Source: Escherichia phage EcWhh-1. Taken from it: a stretch of 64,000 nucleotides of DNA. The translations under genes and the position numbers were made by a program. The notes beneath the pieces were generated by a model. It searched no databases and was not told the DNA's origin. It was given only the letters and a program-made list of their open reading frames with translations. The stretch lies in the sequence record MH791409.1. One strand, 5' to 3'. This document shows positions 1-8,785 of this stretch, piece after piece (within the stretch, counting starts at the first letter, position 1; each line of letters begins with the position of its first letter).

Positions 1-1221
1 TCCACGATGATATTTTTCCATTACCAAGGACGATTTGGTAGAGACGATTTTATCAAGCTCTGCTTGAAGCGCAGCAATCTCTTCGGCATTACTTACGAAC
101 TCAGCTGCCGCTTGGTCAATTAATACCTTAACCTTTTTGGCTTTCTCTACAGCAGTAATGGCTTGCTGCTTATGAGTAGCTATCTGAGATTTAATAGCCA
201 ACGCTTTATTGCGTTGTTCTGTTACTTGGTCTTTAATGAGCTTGAGCTCTTGGTATTGCTCATTAATCTTATCCAAAGATTTTTGAAGCTCAAAGTTTTT
301 ATCCTTAATTTTAGTAAGGATATTACCATGCTCTTCTAACCCTTGCATACACGTAGGGCAGTGACCACCGGTTTCGTATAACTTAACCACCTTTGTAAAG
401 GTTGCCATATCATTTTTGATTGCAAATCCTTTATTACTCAGGTCACTCATGGAATCGCTAGGGTCATCATCTACGATAACATTGAGTAATTCATCAGTCA
501 GGGATTCTATGCTCGCCTTAGCAGTCCTGGCTTCTTTAACGAGCTCATCATACATTAATTGTAGACGGGCAGCGTTTTCGCCAGATAATTTACGTTGACG
601 TTCTTCGTTGTCATTATAAATTTTAATTTGTTGGGTAATAGAATCTTGCTTAACGTCTATTACTTGGATTTGGCTATTAGTCTCACGAATCAAAGATTTG
701 TTCAACTTATCCATATCCGCCAATACAGAAACCTCTAAGAGGTCTTCGACGAGTTTTCTTCTTGCAGGAGTGGATAGGCCCATAAAAGGGGTATATCCAG
801 CTGTGCCGAGTACGACAATTTGTTTGAAGCTTGCATAGGACATTCCGATAAGCTGTTCAAATTCCGCTTGGAAGTCTTTACTGCTGGCAGATTCATCAAG
901 ACGTTCACCGTCACAAGAGATTTCAAAAACGTTGGGTTTTTGCCCGCGTTTGATATAGTATTCTTTGCCATCATATTCCATCCACAGTTCGACCAAAAGG
1001 TCTTTCTTGTTACTTGAGTTAATCAACTGCCCTTTCTTAACATCACGAAAAGGCTTACCGAACAGAGCAAATGTTACAGCTTCAAGGAATGTTGATTTCC
1101 CTGCACCATTTTTACCAGTGACTAAGGTCTTTTGGACCTTATCAAGTTGGATTGTAATGGGCTGCTGCCCGACCGACATAATATTTTTATACGTTACTTT
1201 CTTTAACTTAAAAGTCTTCAT
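1..1221 (-). CDS. 46: Recombination endonuclease subunit gp46 (Rad50/SbcC-like ATPase), C-terminal part beyond window start
   Basis: ATG at 1221; N-terminus MKTFKLKKVTYKNIMSVGQQP...TGKNGAGKST (Walker A) then coiled coil with CPTC zinc hook; matches T4 gp46 N-terminal region as I recall it. Confidence 0.9.
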   Translation of the reverse strand, partial: MKTFKLKKVTYKNIMSVGQQPITIQLDKVQKTLVTGKNGAGKSTFLEAVTFALFGKPFRDVKKGQLINSSNKKDLLVELWMEYDGKEYYIKRGQKPNVFEISCDGERLDESASSKDFQAEFEQLIGMSYASFKQIVVLGTAGYTPFMGLSTPARRKLVEDLLEVSVLADMDKLNKSLIRETNSQIQVIDVKQDSITQQIKIYNDNEERQRKLSGENAARLQLMYDELVKEARTAKASIESLTDELLNVIVDDDPSDSMSDLSNKGFAIKNDMATFTKVVKLYETGGHCPTCMQGLEEHGNILTKIKDKNFELQKSLDKINEQYQELKLIKDQVTEQRNKALAIKSQIATHKQQAITAVEKAKKVKVLIDQAAAEFVSNAEEIAALQAELDKIVSTKSSLVMEKYHRG

Positions 1222-1471
1222 CGTTATAAGCATCCTTGATGCATGATTCAGCCATATGAATTAATGTTTCTGGAGTATCATCTACCATTACATTAAAGCT
1301 AAATTCTACAGCCCAATCGGTAGCAACATAAACTTTAATAAGCTCGTTGGTATCGCGAGTGCTCACGGCTTCAAACCAGAACTTAATTGTACTAGGTTGA
1401 CCATCATCATCAATAACTATACAGTCGTGTTCCAGTTCAAGTCCCGATTTTTTGAATTCATCTAAAGTCAT
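1208..1471 (-). CDS. Hypothetical protein, 87 aa (gene 46.1 position)
   Basis: ORF between 47 and 46, stop overlaps 46 start region; no motif recognised. Confidence 0.5.
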   Translation of the reverse strand: MTLDEFKKSGLELEHDCIVIDDDGQPSTIKFWFEAVSTRDTNELIKVYVATDWAVEFSFNVMVDDTPETLIHMAESCIKDAYNDEDF

Positions 1472-2490
1472 CGTGTAACCTCATTATAAAGTTGTGCAGC
1501 CATAGTCTTAAGGGCTTTAACATCGGCTTCAGTGTGGCCATCAGGAAGGGCATCGATATAATCATACATCATATCCAAGAGGGATTTAACTTCGTCTTCC
1601 TCTTCAGAATCATCGATATCAACACTATTATCTACCTTAGACACAATACGTAAAGAGTGAACAACCTTTTCAAGCTCTGATTCGAACTTAGTAAGACCGT
1701 CATCGATTTTATCGACTATAACACGAACTGCGATATTTGTAAAATCTTTGTAATCGATAGTCTCGTTAGGATAATGAATCTTACGATGCCAACAGGTTTC
1801 ATTAATGATGAAATCCATTTTATGAGTTTCGGTATCGAAAATCCAGAAACCACGAGGGTCGTTCTCATCGCCTGCAGTAAGGGTCCATGGAGTACCAATG
1901 TACTTGACGTTTGCTGCATCAGAAATAGTGTGGAAGTGGCCTGACCAAACTTGCTTATACTTTTTAAGGAAATCAGGTTCTAAACCATGAGATTTCATTC
2001 CTTTATAGAAATAGAAACCATTTAATTCCCAATGTCCAATACAGAAATCTGCTGTGGTATTTTTGATATGGTCCATGATATCGGTCGTGTTTTCTTCACA
2101 CATCCATGGAATCAAATCAATTTCGGTGCTATCAAAGTTAACAGTAGTAGGTTTTTCAATAACCTTGATATGGTCATATTTACCCAGAACTTCAGAAGCT
2201 GCGTTCGGAGTCAATGTATTTTTGTAGTGGGCATCATGGTTCCCGACAACGGTATACATGGTGATGCCATTGGTTTTAAGCAAATCTGAAATATGCCGAG
2301 CAAATTCCATACACTTATGAGTAATTGCTTTACGAACGTCAAAGATATCACCATATTGAATCCACACGGTAATACCATTTGCTTTAGAATAATTGATAGC
2401 ATCTTTAATGCCGGACAATTGAATGTTTTGGACCCAAGGGTCGTCGTTCTTAACTCCAAGGTGCCAGTCACCTGTGTTTAATATTTTCAT
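1468..2490 (-). CDS. 47: Recombination endonuclease subunit gp47 (Mre11-like phosphoesterase)
   Basis: MKILNTGDWHLG...GNHD...GHWE/GHFH phosphoesterase motifs; start set at ATG 2490 (ATGA overlap with upstream peptide) rather than ORF-track 2517. Confidence 0.9.
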   Translation of the reverse strand: MKILNTGDWHLGVKNDDPWVQNIQLSGIKDAINYSKANGITVWIQYGDIFDVRKAITHKCMEFARHISDLLKTNGITMYTVVGNHDAHYKNTLTPNAASEVLGKYDHIKVIEKPTTVNFDSTEIDLIPWMCEENTTDIMDHIKNTTADFCIGHWELNGFYFYKGMKSHGLEPDFLKKYKQVWSGHFHTISDAANVKYIGTPWTLTAGDENDPRGFWIFDTETHKMDFIINETCWHRKIHYPNETIDYKDFTNIAVRVIVDKIDDGLTKFESELEKVVHSLRIVSKVDNSVDIDDSEEEDEVKSLLDMMYDYIDALPDGHTEADVKALKTMAAQLYNEVTR

Positions 2491-2630
2491 AAGCCGAGCA
2501 CCGTTATCGCAATGCAAAATAAAATTATTGAGATGAACCCATCAGGAGTAGAAAAGAATCCTATCCAACAGGCTCGTGTGAATGTGTAGAATGCCATGAA
2601 TAACACGACATATCCTAAAAGTAATTCCAT
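2487..2630 (-). CDS. Small hydrophobic peptide, 47 aa (MELLLGYVVLFMAFYTFT...)
   Basis: SD GAGGAG 5 nt before ATG 2630; TGA overlaps gp47 ATG; two hydrophobic stretches; below ORF-track size cutoff. Confidence 0.4.
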   Translation of the reverse strand: MELLLGYVVLFMAFYTFTRACWIGFFSTPDGFISIILFCIAITVLGL

Positions 2631-2639
2631 ATGTTCTCC

Positions 2640-2675
2640 TCAGTTGGTTCATTTTATCATCCTAATATAAAGCAA
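2640..2675 (-). promoter_or_regulatory. Middle-promoter-like element (MotA-box-like TGCTTTA, 11 nt, TAAAAT)
   Basis: minus strand TTGCTTTATATTAGGATGATAAAAT upstream of peptide/47/46 unit. Confidence 0.35.
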
Positions 2676-2693
2676 AAAAGGAGCCTAAGCTCC
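2674..2693 (-). terminator. Rho-independent terminator-like hairpin (GGAGC-TTAG-GCTCC + T6)
   Basis: minus strand AAAGGAGCTTAGGCTCCTTTTTTGC. Confidence 0.4.
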
Positions 2694-3130
2694 TTTACCA
2701 ATTAATACGCCATACAGAGGTTCATGAGAAGACCTGAACTTGATAGGCTTATAGGTAATAGTACCTTCATTTTCCGCTTTAATACGAGCAGCTTCAAATT
2801 TAAGTATCATCTCATTTTTGTCAGATTTAATCTTATCAAAATCCATCGAATTCGTCATTCATAAAACCTCTTAAACTTTTTCGTATTCGTCATTCATAGC
2901 TTAAAAATCCGGATGTTCGTCTTTCATTAGCCACCTGTCCATGTTATCATCGTTGCCACCACTTCTTAAGTTGATGTGAATCCACCCAAACCTTGGCTAC
3001 AGGCTCAATCCGAAAAATTTCATCGGAATACTGCCCAACCATTTTATATTCGGTTTCAGTCTGCTTAATACAAATATTACCGTATGAGCGAAGTCTGAAG
3101 GCGGCTCCAATAAGAAGCCTTTTAAAGGGT

Positions 3131-3442
3131 TTATTTACTAGCGCCATTGATAATTTCCCAAATCTGTTTACGCGTAGTTTCCCACATAACTCTAACGATT
3201 TCGTCAGTAGTCGGTTGACGGTAAATACCACGTAATTTAATTATAGCATATTTGTAAGCTTCGAAATTGTTTTCGAGAACAGCGCCCTGAGCATGTGTAT
3301 TAAGACGCTTAATTTCACGGGCATTCTTTTTAAGAATTTTGGCAGCTTGAGAAGCGGCTTCTTTAGCATTATTCTCTTCTAAACGCTTCTGGGCTTCTTC
3401 AATTTGCTCTTCGGTCAATTGAGAAATGTCGGTGCTTTGCAT
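3131..3442 (-). CDS. Hypothetical protein, 103 aa
   Basis: ORF downstream of gene 55 occupying the position where T4 has 47.1/a-gt; no motif recognised. Confidence 0.5.
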   Translation of the reverse strand: MQSTDISQLTEEQIEEAQKRLEENNAKEAASQAAKILKKNAREIKRLNTHAQGAVLENNFEAYKYAIIKLRGIYRQPTTDEIVRVMWETTRKQIWEIINGASK

Positions 3443-3443
3443 A

Positions 3444-3671
3444 TTAATCCTTGTAATTCAGTTTTATATAAAAATCTTCGTCGGTAACGTGATAGTTATA
3501 AGTTAATGTTCCTTTTTCAGCTTTAATTTCTACCGAATCAGGGTGTTTTGGGTCTATTACAATAGGAAGCTTGGCAATATCCTTAAGATACATTTTAAGA
3601 ACATAAGGAATTGCCGAATACTCTCCATCTACTTCTTCTAAAAGGCCTACCAGGTTAATCTTGAGTTCCAT
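3444..3671 (-). CDS. Hypothetical protein, about 75 aa
   Basis: start moved to ATG 3671 (MELKINL), which overlaps gp55 3' end; ORF-track start 3692 lies further inside gp55. Confidence 0.4.
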   Translation of the reverse strand: MELKINLVGLLEEVDGEYSAIPYVLKMYLKDIAKLPIVIDPKHPDSVEIKAEKGTLTYNYHVTDEDFYIKLNYKD

Positions 3672-4212
3672 ATAAAAAATCCAGCTCACCAACTTTAGAT
3701 TCGGCGCTCTTATCAGACCCTGGCGCTTTAACTAAAGAGGTTTCATACTGAGTCATTTTGTCGTAAATATCCTGGATAAAAGTTTCATCTGCGATACCTA
3801 CCATGTCGTCGTCATTGGCGTCATAAACGTTATGGACGAAGTAGCTGTATTTCTTTGCCATTTCTTTACGTTCTTTCTTGATACGCTGAACAAAGGCATT
3901 AAAACAAGCCATAGTGATATATGCATGCGGGTTGTCGTATTTTGTTTCGTCGAAGTTATGAAGACCTTTAATAGAGGCTTCGATTCCATCAGCAATCATT
4001 TCTTGCTTCCAAGATTGGGTATATCCGGAGAAGTTGAAACGCTTAGAAAGGCCTTCAGCAATGAGCATAATAGCCAAGCCGATAACGTCGTTCTGACGAA
4101 CTATTTTATTAGGGTCGGTATTTTCTCGGAGTTCTGTTTTCCACTGGGTAATGGCTTTCAGAAGCTCCTTATTATTTACATAGTTATTTTTAGTCAGTTT
4201 AATTTCGGTCAT
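3655..4212 (-). CDS. 55: Late-transcription sigma factor gp55
   Basis: 185 aa; [10 protein letters not shown]...[55 protein letters not shown] near-identical to T4 gp55. Confidence 0.93.
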   Translation of the reverse strand: MTEIKLTKNNYVNNKELLKAITQWKTELRENTDPNKIVRQNDVIGLAIMLIAEGLSKRFNFSGYTQSWKQEMIADGIEASIKGLHNFDETKYDNPHAYITMACFNAFVQRIKKERKEMAKKYSYFVHNVYDANDDDMVGIADETFIQDIYDKMTQYETSLVKAPGSDKSAESKVGELDFLYGTQD

Positions 4213-4244
4213 TGTTACCTCAGATAACTCAAATCATAGGTCTA

Positions 4245-4278
4245 TTATATCATAGTATTTGGAGACCCGTTTAAAGCA
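4245..4278 (-). promoter_or_regulatory. Middle/early promoter-like element upstream of gene 55 (TGCTTTAA MotA-box-like, TACTAT/TATAAT)
   Basis: minus strand ATGCTTTAAACGGGTCTCCAAATACTATGATATAATAGACC with GGTCT/AGACC stem. Confidence 0.4.
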
Positions 4279-4542
4279 TCAACGGAGTAAGCAATAAGCC
4301 TGAAATACTGTTTCAAGGATTTGTATGAACTCGGGATAAGAAATTGTATCAGTACATCCATGTTCGGACATATATCCGCAAAATTCTTTAAAAAGTTCCG
4401 GATAATCCCGATGGTTGTATTTGGAAATATGAGACTTCCATACTAAAGAAGTCTCACCACAAACAAACTCAACATCCATACAGTTATCTATTAAGAAAAA
4501 TCCGAGACCTTCATAAGCGAGGGTGGTGGATATGGGTTTCAT
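4279..4542 (-). CDS. Hypothetical protein, 87 aa
   Basis: ORF tiling with 4-nt overlap to downstream neighbour. Confidence 0.5.
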   Translation of the reverse strand: MKPISTTLAYEGLGFFLIDNCMDVEFVCGETSLVWKSHISKYNHRDYPELFKEFCGYMSEHGCTDTISYPEFIQILETVFQAYCLLR

Positions 4543-4805
4543 TGTAGGAATCGAGCTCCTTCTAATGCATCATCAAGATTATCAAACTCATCGACGTAAT
4601 CAATACCGCCAACTTCATCTTTAGCGTATAGCCAGTACCGTTTAAATTCATATTCGATAATAAAGTGGTCACCTTCAATCTGGAGAGCCCCATCACCATT
4701 AAATTGGACTGCATAACCTGTAAAGCGGACATCATTCAGGAGTTCTTCTTTCATAGCAATCATTTCCAAGTTTTTATCGTAATTAGAGAGTTTTATTTTA
4801 ATCAT
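4539..4805 (-). CDS. Hypothetical protein, 88 aa
   Basis: ORF tiling with overlaps to both neighbours. Confidence 0.5.
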   Translation of the reverse strand: MIKIKLSNYDKNLEMIAMKEELLNDVRFTGYAVQFNGDGALQIEGDHFIIEYEFKRYWLYAKDEVGGIDYVDEFDNLDDALEGARFLQ

Positions 4806-5046
4806 TTAAATAATCCTCAAATTCATTTAATGTCATGCCTTCGTCCCAAGCTATTTTAGGATCGGGCATTTTCATATAAGTGGTCTTAGAGCTTATAGGA
4901 AATATCCTGAAATCGCGATGACTTCCACTTAGCATATTAGCCGCTTTTATAATGGTTTCACTATTATTCATCATAGGGGTACGTTGGAAACCGGCTAAAG
5001 CTTTAAGGACTATTATAACCGATACATCTTCAGGCAAATTACTCAT
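4798..5046 (-). CDS. Hypothetical protein, 82 aa
   Basis: ORF tiling with overlaps. Confidence 0.5.
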   Translation of the reverse strand: MSNLPEDVSVIIVLKALAGFQRTPMMNNSETIIKAANMLSGSHRDFRIFPISSKTTYMKMPDPKIAWDEGMTLNEFEDYLND

Positions 5047-5372
5047 TTAGCTGCCTTAACAATTTTCAGGTCAACGAATTTTTTCTTACGTTGATTCTTC
5101 ATACGACGGATGGTTTTGTCTGTGATTTCACCTGGCTGCCAAGCTTTAGATTCGACACCAAAGGCGGCCACATCAAACTCGTCGAGAATATATTGAACCA
5201 GGATTTCACGAATACCGTTCTTACCAATTTTTTGGTCTTTAGAGTGCATGATTGGTAACAGTTCAGCAACCCATTGGTCAAGAACCTGAGGAGTTACAAA
5301 GCCAGTTTTCATCAGTTCATTAACTTTATCGAAAGCGAAAGAGTTCAGTACGTTTTTAATAGCTTGTGACAT
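5043..5372 (-). CDS. Hypothetical protein, 109 aa (MSQAI... N-terminal module)
   Basis: SD CTGAGGAAATTATT + ATG; 5' leader and first five codons repeated at 12934-12960. Confidence 0.55.
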   Translation of the reverse strand: MSQAIKNVLNSFAFDKVNELMKTGFVTPQVLDQWVAELLPIMHSKDQKIGKNGIREILVQYILDEFDVAAFGVESKAWQPGEITDKTIRRMKNQRKKKFVDLKIVKAAK

Positions 5373-5412
5373 AATAATTTCCTCAGTTTAAAAATTTATA
5401 ATCCGTAGGACC

Positions 5413-5442
5413 ATTATACTCTGGTCCCAAGAGTTTGTAAAC
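5413..5442 (-). promoter_or_regulatory. Early promoter (GTTTACA, 17 bp, TATAAT)
   Basis: minus strand TAGTTTACAAACTCTTGGGACCAGAGTATAATGG. Confidence 0.55.
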
Positions 5443-5642
5443 TATTTTTGTGCTAATGCACCTTTCCAACCTTCATACATCATTGCGGCTGATATTAATA
5501 TTGCTCCTGCGCATTTTGAATATTTGTTATTCCAAAACCAGTTTAGAAAAACTTCGTCATCAATACCTTGAGCTATCATATTTTCAAAGAACTGACGACG
5601 GGCTTCAGCAATTCGTTGTGATAATTTAGATTCAGGATTCAT
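5442..5642 (-). CDS. Hypothetical protein, 66 aa
   Basis: ORF; no motif recognised. Confidence 0.45.
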   Translation of the reverse strand: MNPESKLSQRIAEARRQFFENMIAQGIDDEVFLNWFWNNKYSKCAGAILISAAMMYEGWKGALAQK

Positions 5643-5774
5643 TTAAATTTTCCAGTTGCCGTTTTCATCAATAAATTTAATCCAGTCATTTACTGACCAC
5701 TTAGTCGTATCGCCTTTTGGAGTAACATTTAAAGTGTATAATCCTTGTTTAAAAAGCATACGTTTGATATTCAT
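5643..5774 (-). CDS. Hypothetical protein, 43 aa
   Basis: start moved to ATG 5774 with SD TGAGGAAAAT; ORF-track version overlaps upstream gene by 86 nt. Confidence 0.35.
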   Translation of the reverse strand: MNIKRMLFKQGLYTLNVTPKGDTTKWSVNDWIKFIDENGNWKI

Positions 5775-5781
5775 ATTTTCC

Positions 5782-6075
5782 TCAGCTGTAACGATAGCAT
5801 TCGTTTGATTTACGTTTTGCAACTCGATGAGAAGTATTGTAATCAGGTTCATCGTCGCTGTAAACATCTTTTTTCAGTTTTCTCACTTCTTTACGAAGTT
5901 GGCGGTTCATTTCATTCTTAACTTCAGAATCAACGCCGCTAAAGCGTTTCCATTTATCTGACCGGAAGATATTTTCATTCAAAGTTTCTTCCGATACGCC
6001 ATCAGGTGCTTTACGTCTAGCAATGCAATTAAAATCTCTAGATGGCAATTCTTTACGACGGATAGTTTTACCCAT
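5782..6075 (-). CDS. Hypothetical basic protein, 97 aa
   Basis: SD GAGGT before ATG 6075; lysine/arginine-rich. Confidence 0.5.
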   Translation of the reverse strand: MGKTIRRKELPSRDFNCIARRKAPDGVSEETLNENIFRSDKWKRFSGVDSEVKNEMNRQLRKEVRKLKKDVYSDDEPDYNTSHRVAKRKSNECYRYS

Positions 6076-6077
6076 AG

Positions 6078-6332
6078 TTACCTCAACAGTTTGTATCCAA
6101 TAAGGTTTTTAATGTACTGGATGTCTTTGATATCCAAATCCAACTTAAGGTCTTTCAGACGGTCGGCCAGGGTCAAAAAGGTTACATGCTTCCAATTCTT
6201 AACAGGACAGCAATAAGTCTTAGGACCATTTGCAATTTCAATATTCTTATCAGTGACGGTGAGAAAAATTAGGCGCTCATCATCCAGATTAAGGGTGATG
6301 ACATTTTTCATTGAATGCAATTTCAGGCTCAT
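6078..6332 (-). CDS. Hypothetical protein, 84 aa
   Basis: ORF; ATGA overlap with upstream small ORF. Confidence 0.5.
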   Translation of the reverse strand: MSLKLHSMKNVITLNLDDERLIFLTVTDKNIEIANGPKTYCCPVKNWKHVTFLTLADRLKDLKLDLDIKDIQYIKNLIGYKLLR

Positions 6333-6505
6333 AATTTAATTTCCTTAGCTATCGAACAAAATACACCACGGTCACAAATCATTTTAATATTAAGGTCAAT
6401 TATGGTATACCACACGTCTAGGCTAGATATTTCAGTTACTAGAACAGCTTTGCCGTTGATTGAATAATACTGGTTGACTTTAATTTCTTTATCTTGGATA
6501 GTCAT
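6329..6505 (-). CDS. Hypothetical protein, 58 aa (MTIQDKEIKVNQYY...)
   Basis: SD GAGGAGAACATT + ATG 6505; promoter cassette immediately upstream; below ORF-track cutoff. Confidence 0.4.
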   Translation of the reverse strand: MTIQDKEIKVNQYYSINGKAVLVTEISSLDVWYTIIDLNIKMICDRGVFCSIAKEIKL

Positions 6506-6520
6506 AATGTTCTCCTCATG

Positions 6521-6563
6521 TGTTGATAGGATAGACTATAACACGTGAGGAGAGGAAGTAAAC
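6521..6563 (-). promoter_or_regulatory. Early promoter (GTTTAC, 17 bp, TATAGT)
   Basis: minus strand GTTTACTTCCTCTCCTCACGTGTTATAGTCTATCCTATCAAC. Confidence 0.5.
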
Positions 6564-6564
6564 A

Positions 6565-6882
6565 CTAATCTTCAATTAAATCTCGGTCATAACCAAGTTC
6601 AATCAAAAGTGACTTAAAGGCAGGAATATTTTCTATTTTCTTATTATCGACAAATATGACAGGATAGCGTATCGCTAAGCTCTTGAAGCCGGCACGTTTG
6701 GCCAATGATACTATAAGAGGCTTGTCATATACCGCGCCTGACGGCGTCTGGTTAATCACAGGATAGAAAGTATGTGGGATAGAAAGGGAATTTAGGAGCG
6801 ATAGAACTGCAATGCACCCTGGACAGCGCATGACTGTCTCAGGGATACCGTAAATCTCAATTTTAGTTAACTTTTGGTCCAC
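6565..6882 (-). CDS. Glutaredoxin/NrdH-like redoxin (CPGC active site)
   Basis: KIEIYGIPETVMRCPGC near N-terminus; only in-frame start upstream of the motif is GTG 6882 preceded by AAGGAG; start uncertain. Confidence 0.55.
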   Translation of the reverse strand: MDQKLTKIEIYGIPETVMRCPGCIAVLSLLNSLSIPHTFYPVINQTPSGAVYDKPLIVSLAKRAGFKSLAIRYPVIFVDNKKIENIPAFKSLLIELGYDRDLIED

Positions 6883-7159
6883 AGGAAATAACTCCTTGGT
6901 AGTCCCAAGTTTTGATAACTTCTTCGTCATTAGTGTTGTACGGAACGTAAACCTGTACAAGAAAACCTGTGTCATCGAAAGAGAAATAAACGGTTGGTTT
7001 GATTCCGTGAATCTCTGATAGAGCATAGATATCTTTAAGGTCTTCTTCCTTATCTTTAAAGAATTCGGGGTTCAGGTCACAGTCATGGAAGTACCAATCA
7101 TCACCGAACTTGTCCCATGCGGTCCAATTGGTAGCTACATATTCTTCAAAACGTTTCAT
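6863..7159 (-). CDS. Hypothetical protein, 98 aa
   Basis: ORF; acidic; overlaps neighbours by a few nt. Confidence 0.5.
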   Translation of the reverse strand: MKRFEEYVATNWTAWDKFGDDWYFHDCDLNPEFFKDKEEDLKDIYALSEIHGIKPTVYFSFDDTGFLVQVYVPYNTNDEEVIKTWDYQGVISCGPKVN

Positions 7160-7371
7160 TCTTTCACCTTCATCATTTTAGAAATAACACCATGAACAGA
7201 CTGGATTCGTTTTTCGAACTCAGACCCTTCAAGACCTTTTTCAGTACTCAGGGCACCGATAATAACAAACAGTAATCCAAACGGGATGACCAGGATTAAA
7301 AGGCACACGATAAACAAGGCAAATGTAATATTGGCCAGGATATCGGAAACAGCATTACGAAATTTGTTCAT
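7156..7371 (-). CDS. Small membrane protein, about 71 aa
   Basis: start moved to ATG 7371 (MNKFRNAV...); long hydrophobic stretch FALFIVCLLILVIPFGLLFVIIGAL. Confidence 0.45.
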   Translation of the reverse strand: MNKFRNAVSDILANITFALFIVCLLILVIPFGLLFVIIGALSTEKGLEGSEFEKRIQSVHGVISKMMKVKE

Positions 7372-7496
7372 TAAAGAACCCACATGTTAGTTACAACAAA
7401 TAACCATTGAGCAGGATACTCAACACCCATAATACGCACCGCATCGTTCAGAGATTCGGCTAAAGCATAAAATGTGTAGCCATAAAAATTAATCAT
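7371..7496 (-). CDS. Small ORF, 41 aa
   Basis: ATG 7496 overlaps gp49 stop (ATGA); TAATG overlap with next gene; below ORF-track cutoff. Confidence 0.3.
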   Translation of the reverse strand: MINFYGYTFYALAESLNDAVRIMGVEYPAQWLFVVTNMWVL

Positions 7497-7966
7497 TTAA
7501 GCGATTTCCTCAGTTGTTTTTTAAACGAATCGACCATTTGTTTCTTAGTGGCAGATTCATTATAAGTCATTCCATGTGAAAGCATTTCAGCAATCATTTC
7601 TTCCTTACCCAACCTGCTGAACTCTTTGGTTTTATCAGGAACGAAATTAGGATGAATATTATTTTCAGTATAATCAGCTTTCAGATAGACCAGCAAATTC
7701 TCTAACCATTCGAGGTAGTCAACGTTTTGACCTTTAAGACCAGAACGGTTGAACTTATGCTTCATTTGTCCTTCTGCAGCATTGCACAGGTTACATAGTA
7801 AACCACGAACCTTACCGGCTTTTGGCCCGTTTAACTCGTGGTCGTGGTCAAGGTGGTTACTTTGAACATCAGGGTTTAATTCACGTTTACAAATCAAACA
7901 CTTACCACATTGTGCATCATAAAGTTTTTGTTTTTCTTCTTTGTATAATTTGCCGGTCAACAACAT
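7493..7966 (-). CDS. 49: Endonuclease VII (Holliday-junction resolvase) gp49
   Basis: 157 aa; MLLTGKLYKEEKQK...CLICKRELNPDVQSNHLDHDHELNGPKAGKVRGLLCNLCNAAEGQ matches T4 gp49. Confidence 0.92.
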   Translation of the reverse strand: MLLTGKLYKEEKQKLYDAQCGKCLICKRELNPDVQSNHLDHDHELNGPKAGKVRGLLCNLCNAAEGQMKHKFNRSGLKGQNVDYLEWLENLLVYLKADYTENNIHPNFVPDKTKEFSRLGKEEMIAEMLSHGMTYNESATKKQMVDSFKKQLRKSLK

Positions 7967-8001
7967 AATAAACCCTTACCATTATTAGATAAGGGTATTT
8001 A

Positions 8002-8187
8002 TTATTTTTCAAATGTACTATAGAACGAACGATGCAACCGTTTAAATTGACGAATCATCTTTTTGGTAGGGCGAGTATACAATCCTACACAGGTGGCCAT
8101 AAACTGGTCGGTAGGACTTCCTTTGATAAGAAGTTTCCAGACCTTACTGCCATCCAACTTTTCGGTATAGACTAATTTAGTTTTCAT
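8002..8187 (-). CDS. Hypothetical protein, 61 aa
   Basis: ORF; TGATG overlap with upstream small ORF. Confidence 0.45.
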   Translation of the reverse strand: MKTKLVYTEKLDGSKVWKLLIKGSPTDQFMATCVGLYTRPTKKMIRQFKRLHRSFYSTFEK

Positions 8188-8360
8188 CAGAACGCCTTAT
8201 CAGCAAAGCGAAGTTGAGCTTCAAGCCAATGGATATAGTCGGCTGCAGCTTTAATCAAATCGGATTCTAGGTCAGGTAAAGAACCCGAATCCGACAACTC
8301 GTAAAGCGAATGTTCAATCAGACGGCCTTTGTGACGGCCAATTTCAATTTTGGTACTCAT
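8187..8360 (-). CDS. Hypothetical protein, 57 aa (MSTKIEIGRHKGRLIEHSLYEL...)
   Basis: uninterrupted reading frame, below ORF-track cutoff. Confidence 0.35.
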   Translation of the reverse strand: MSTKIEIGRHKGRLIEHSLYELSDSGSLPDLESDLIKAAADYIHWLEAQLRFADKAF

Positions 8361-8476
8361 ATCCAAACTCCATATCGATTAAATCATTGTTTGAAGGTTC
8401 ATTATACTCTATTTCGGAATCGTTGTAAACCGGTTCCTCTGGCTCGGTAGTTTCCCACCGAGCGACATACCATGGC

Positions 8477-8785
8477 TTAACGGTCACACCACCAACTCGA
8501 TACTTCAAAATCGGGTTCACCATCTTCCCAGTACCAAGGGCCGACCGGGTGCCAATCGCCGTGTTCATCTTCTTCAAATTCTTCGGATTCAAGCCCAACG
8601 TATTGCCATTGGACCTCATAAGCGGTGCCACCAATTACAACAGTGTTCTCGCCATACGGGTGAGCTACAGCAAAGTCTATACCTTCTGCTTTAGCCAGCC
8701 AAACCATATATTCGTATAGTTTATATTCCAGGTCATCTTCGGTGCCATCACCTAGAAAAATGGTTTGTTCGTTTAATTCAATCAT
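8477..8785 (-). CDS. Hypothetical acidic protein, 102 aa
   Basis: ORF; overlaps alternative-frame ORF 8344-8634 (see findings). Confidence 0.45.
   Translation of the reverse strand: MIELNEQTIFLGDGTEDDLEYKLYEYMVWLAKAEGIDFAVAHPYGENTVVIGGTAYEVQWQYVGLESEEFEEDEHGDWHPVGPWYWEDGEPDFEVSSWWCDR

Noticed and set aside
416-1246. Plus-strand ORFs 416-598, 820-1017 and 965-1246
   Set aside because: They overlap the minus-strand gp46 reading frame, which has clear Walker A and zinc-hook motifs.
1468-2517. ORF-track N-terminal extension of gp47 (MHCDNGARL...)
   Set aside because: T4 gp47 begins MKILN; the internal ATG 2490 is translationally coupled to the upstream peptide ORF.
2947-3231. 94-aa minus-strand ORF overlapping ORF 3131-3442 by about 100 nt
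   Set aside because: No Shine-Dalgarno sequence at any internal start and heavy overlap with a better neighbour; left unannotated.
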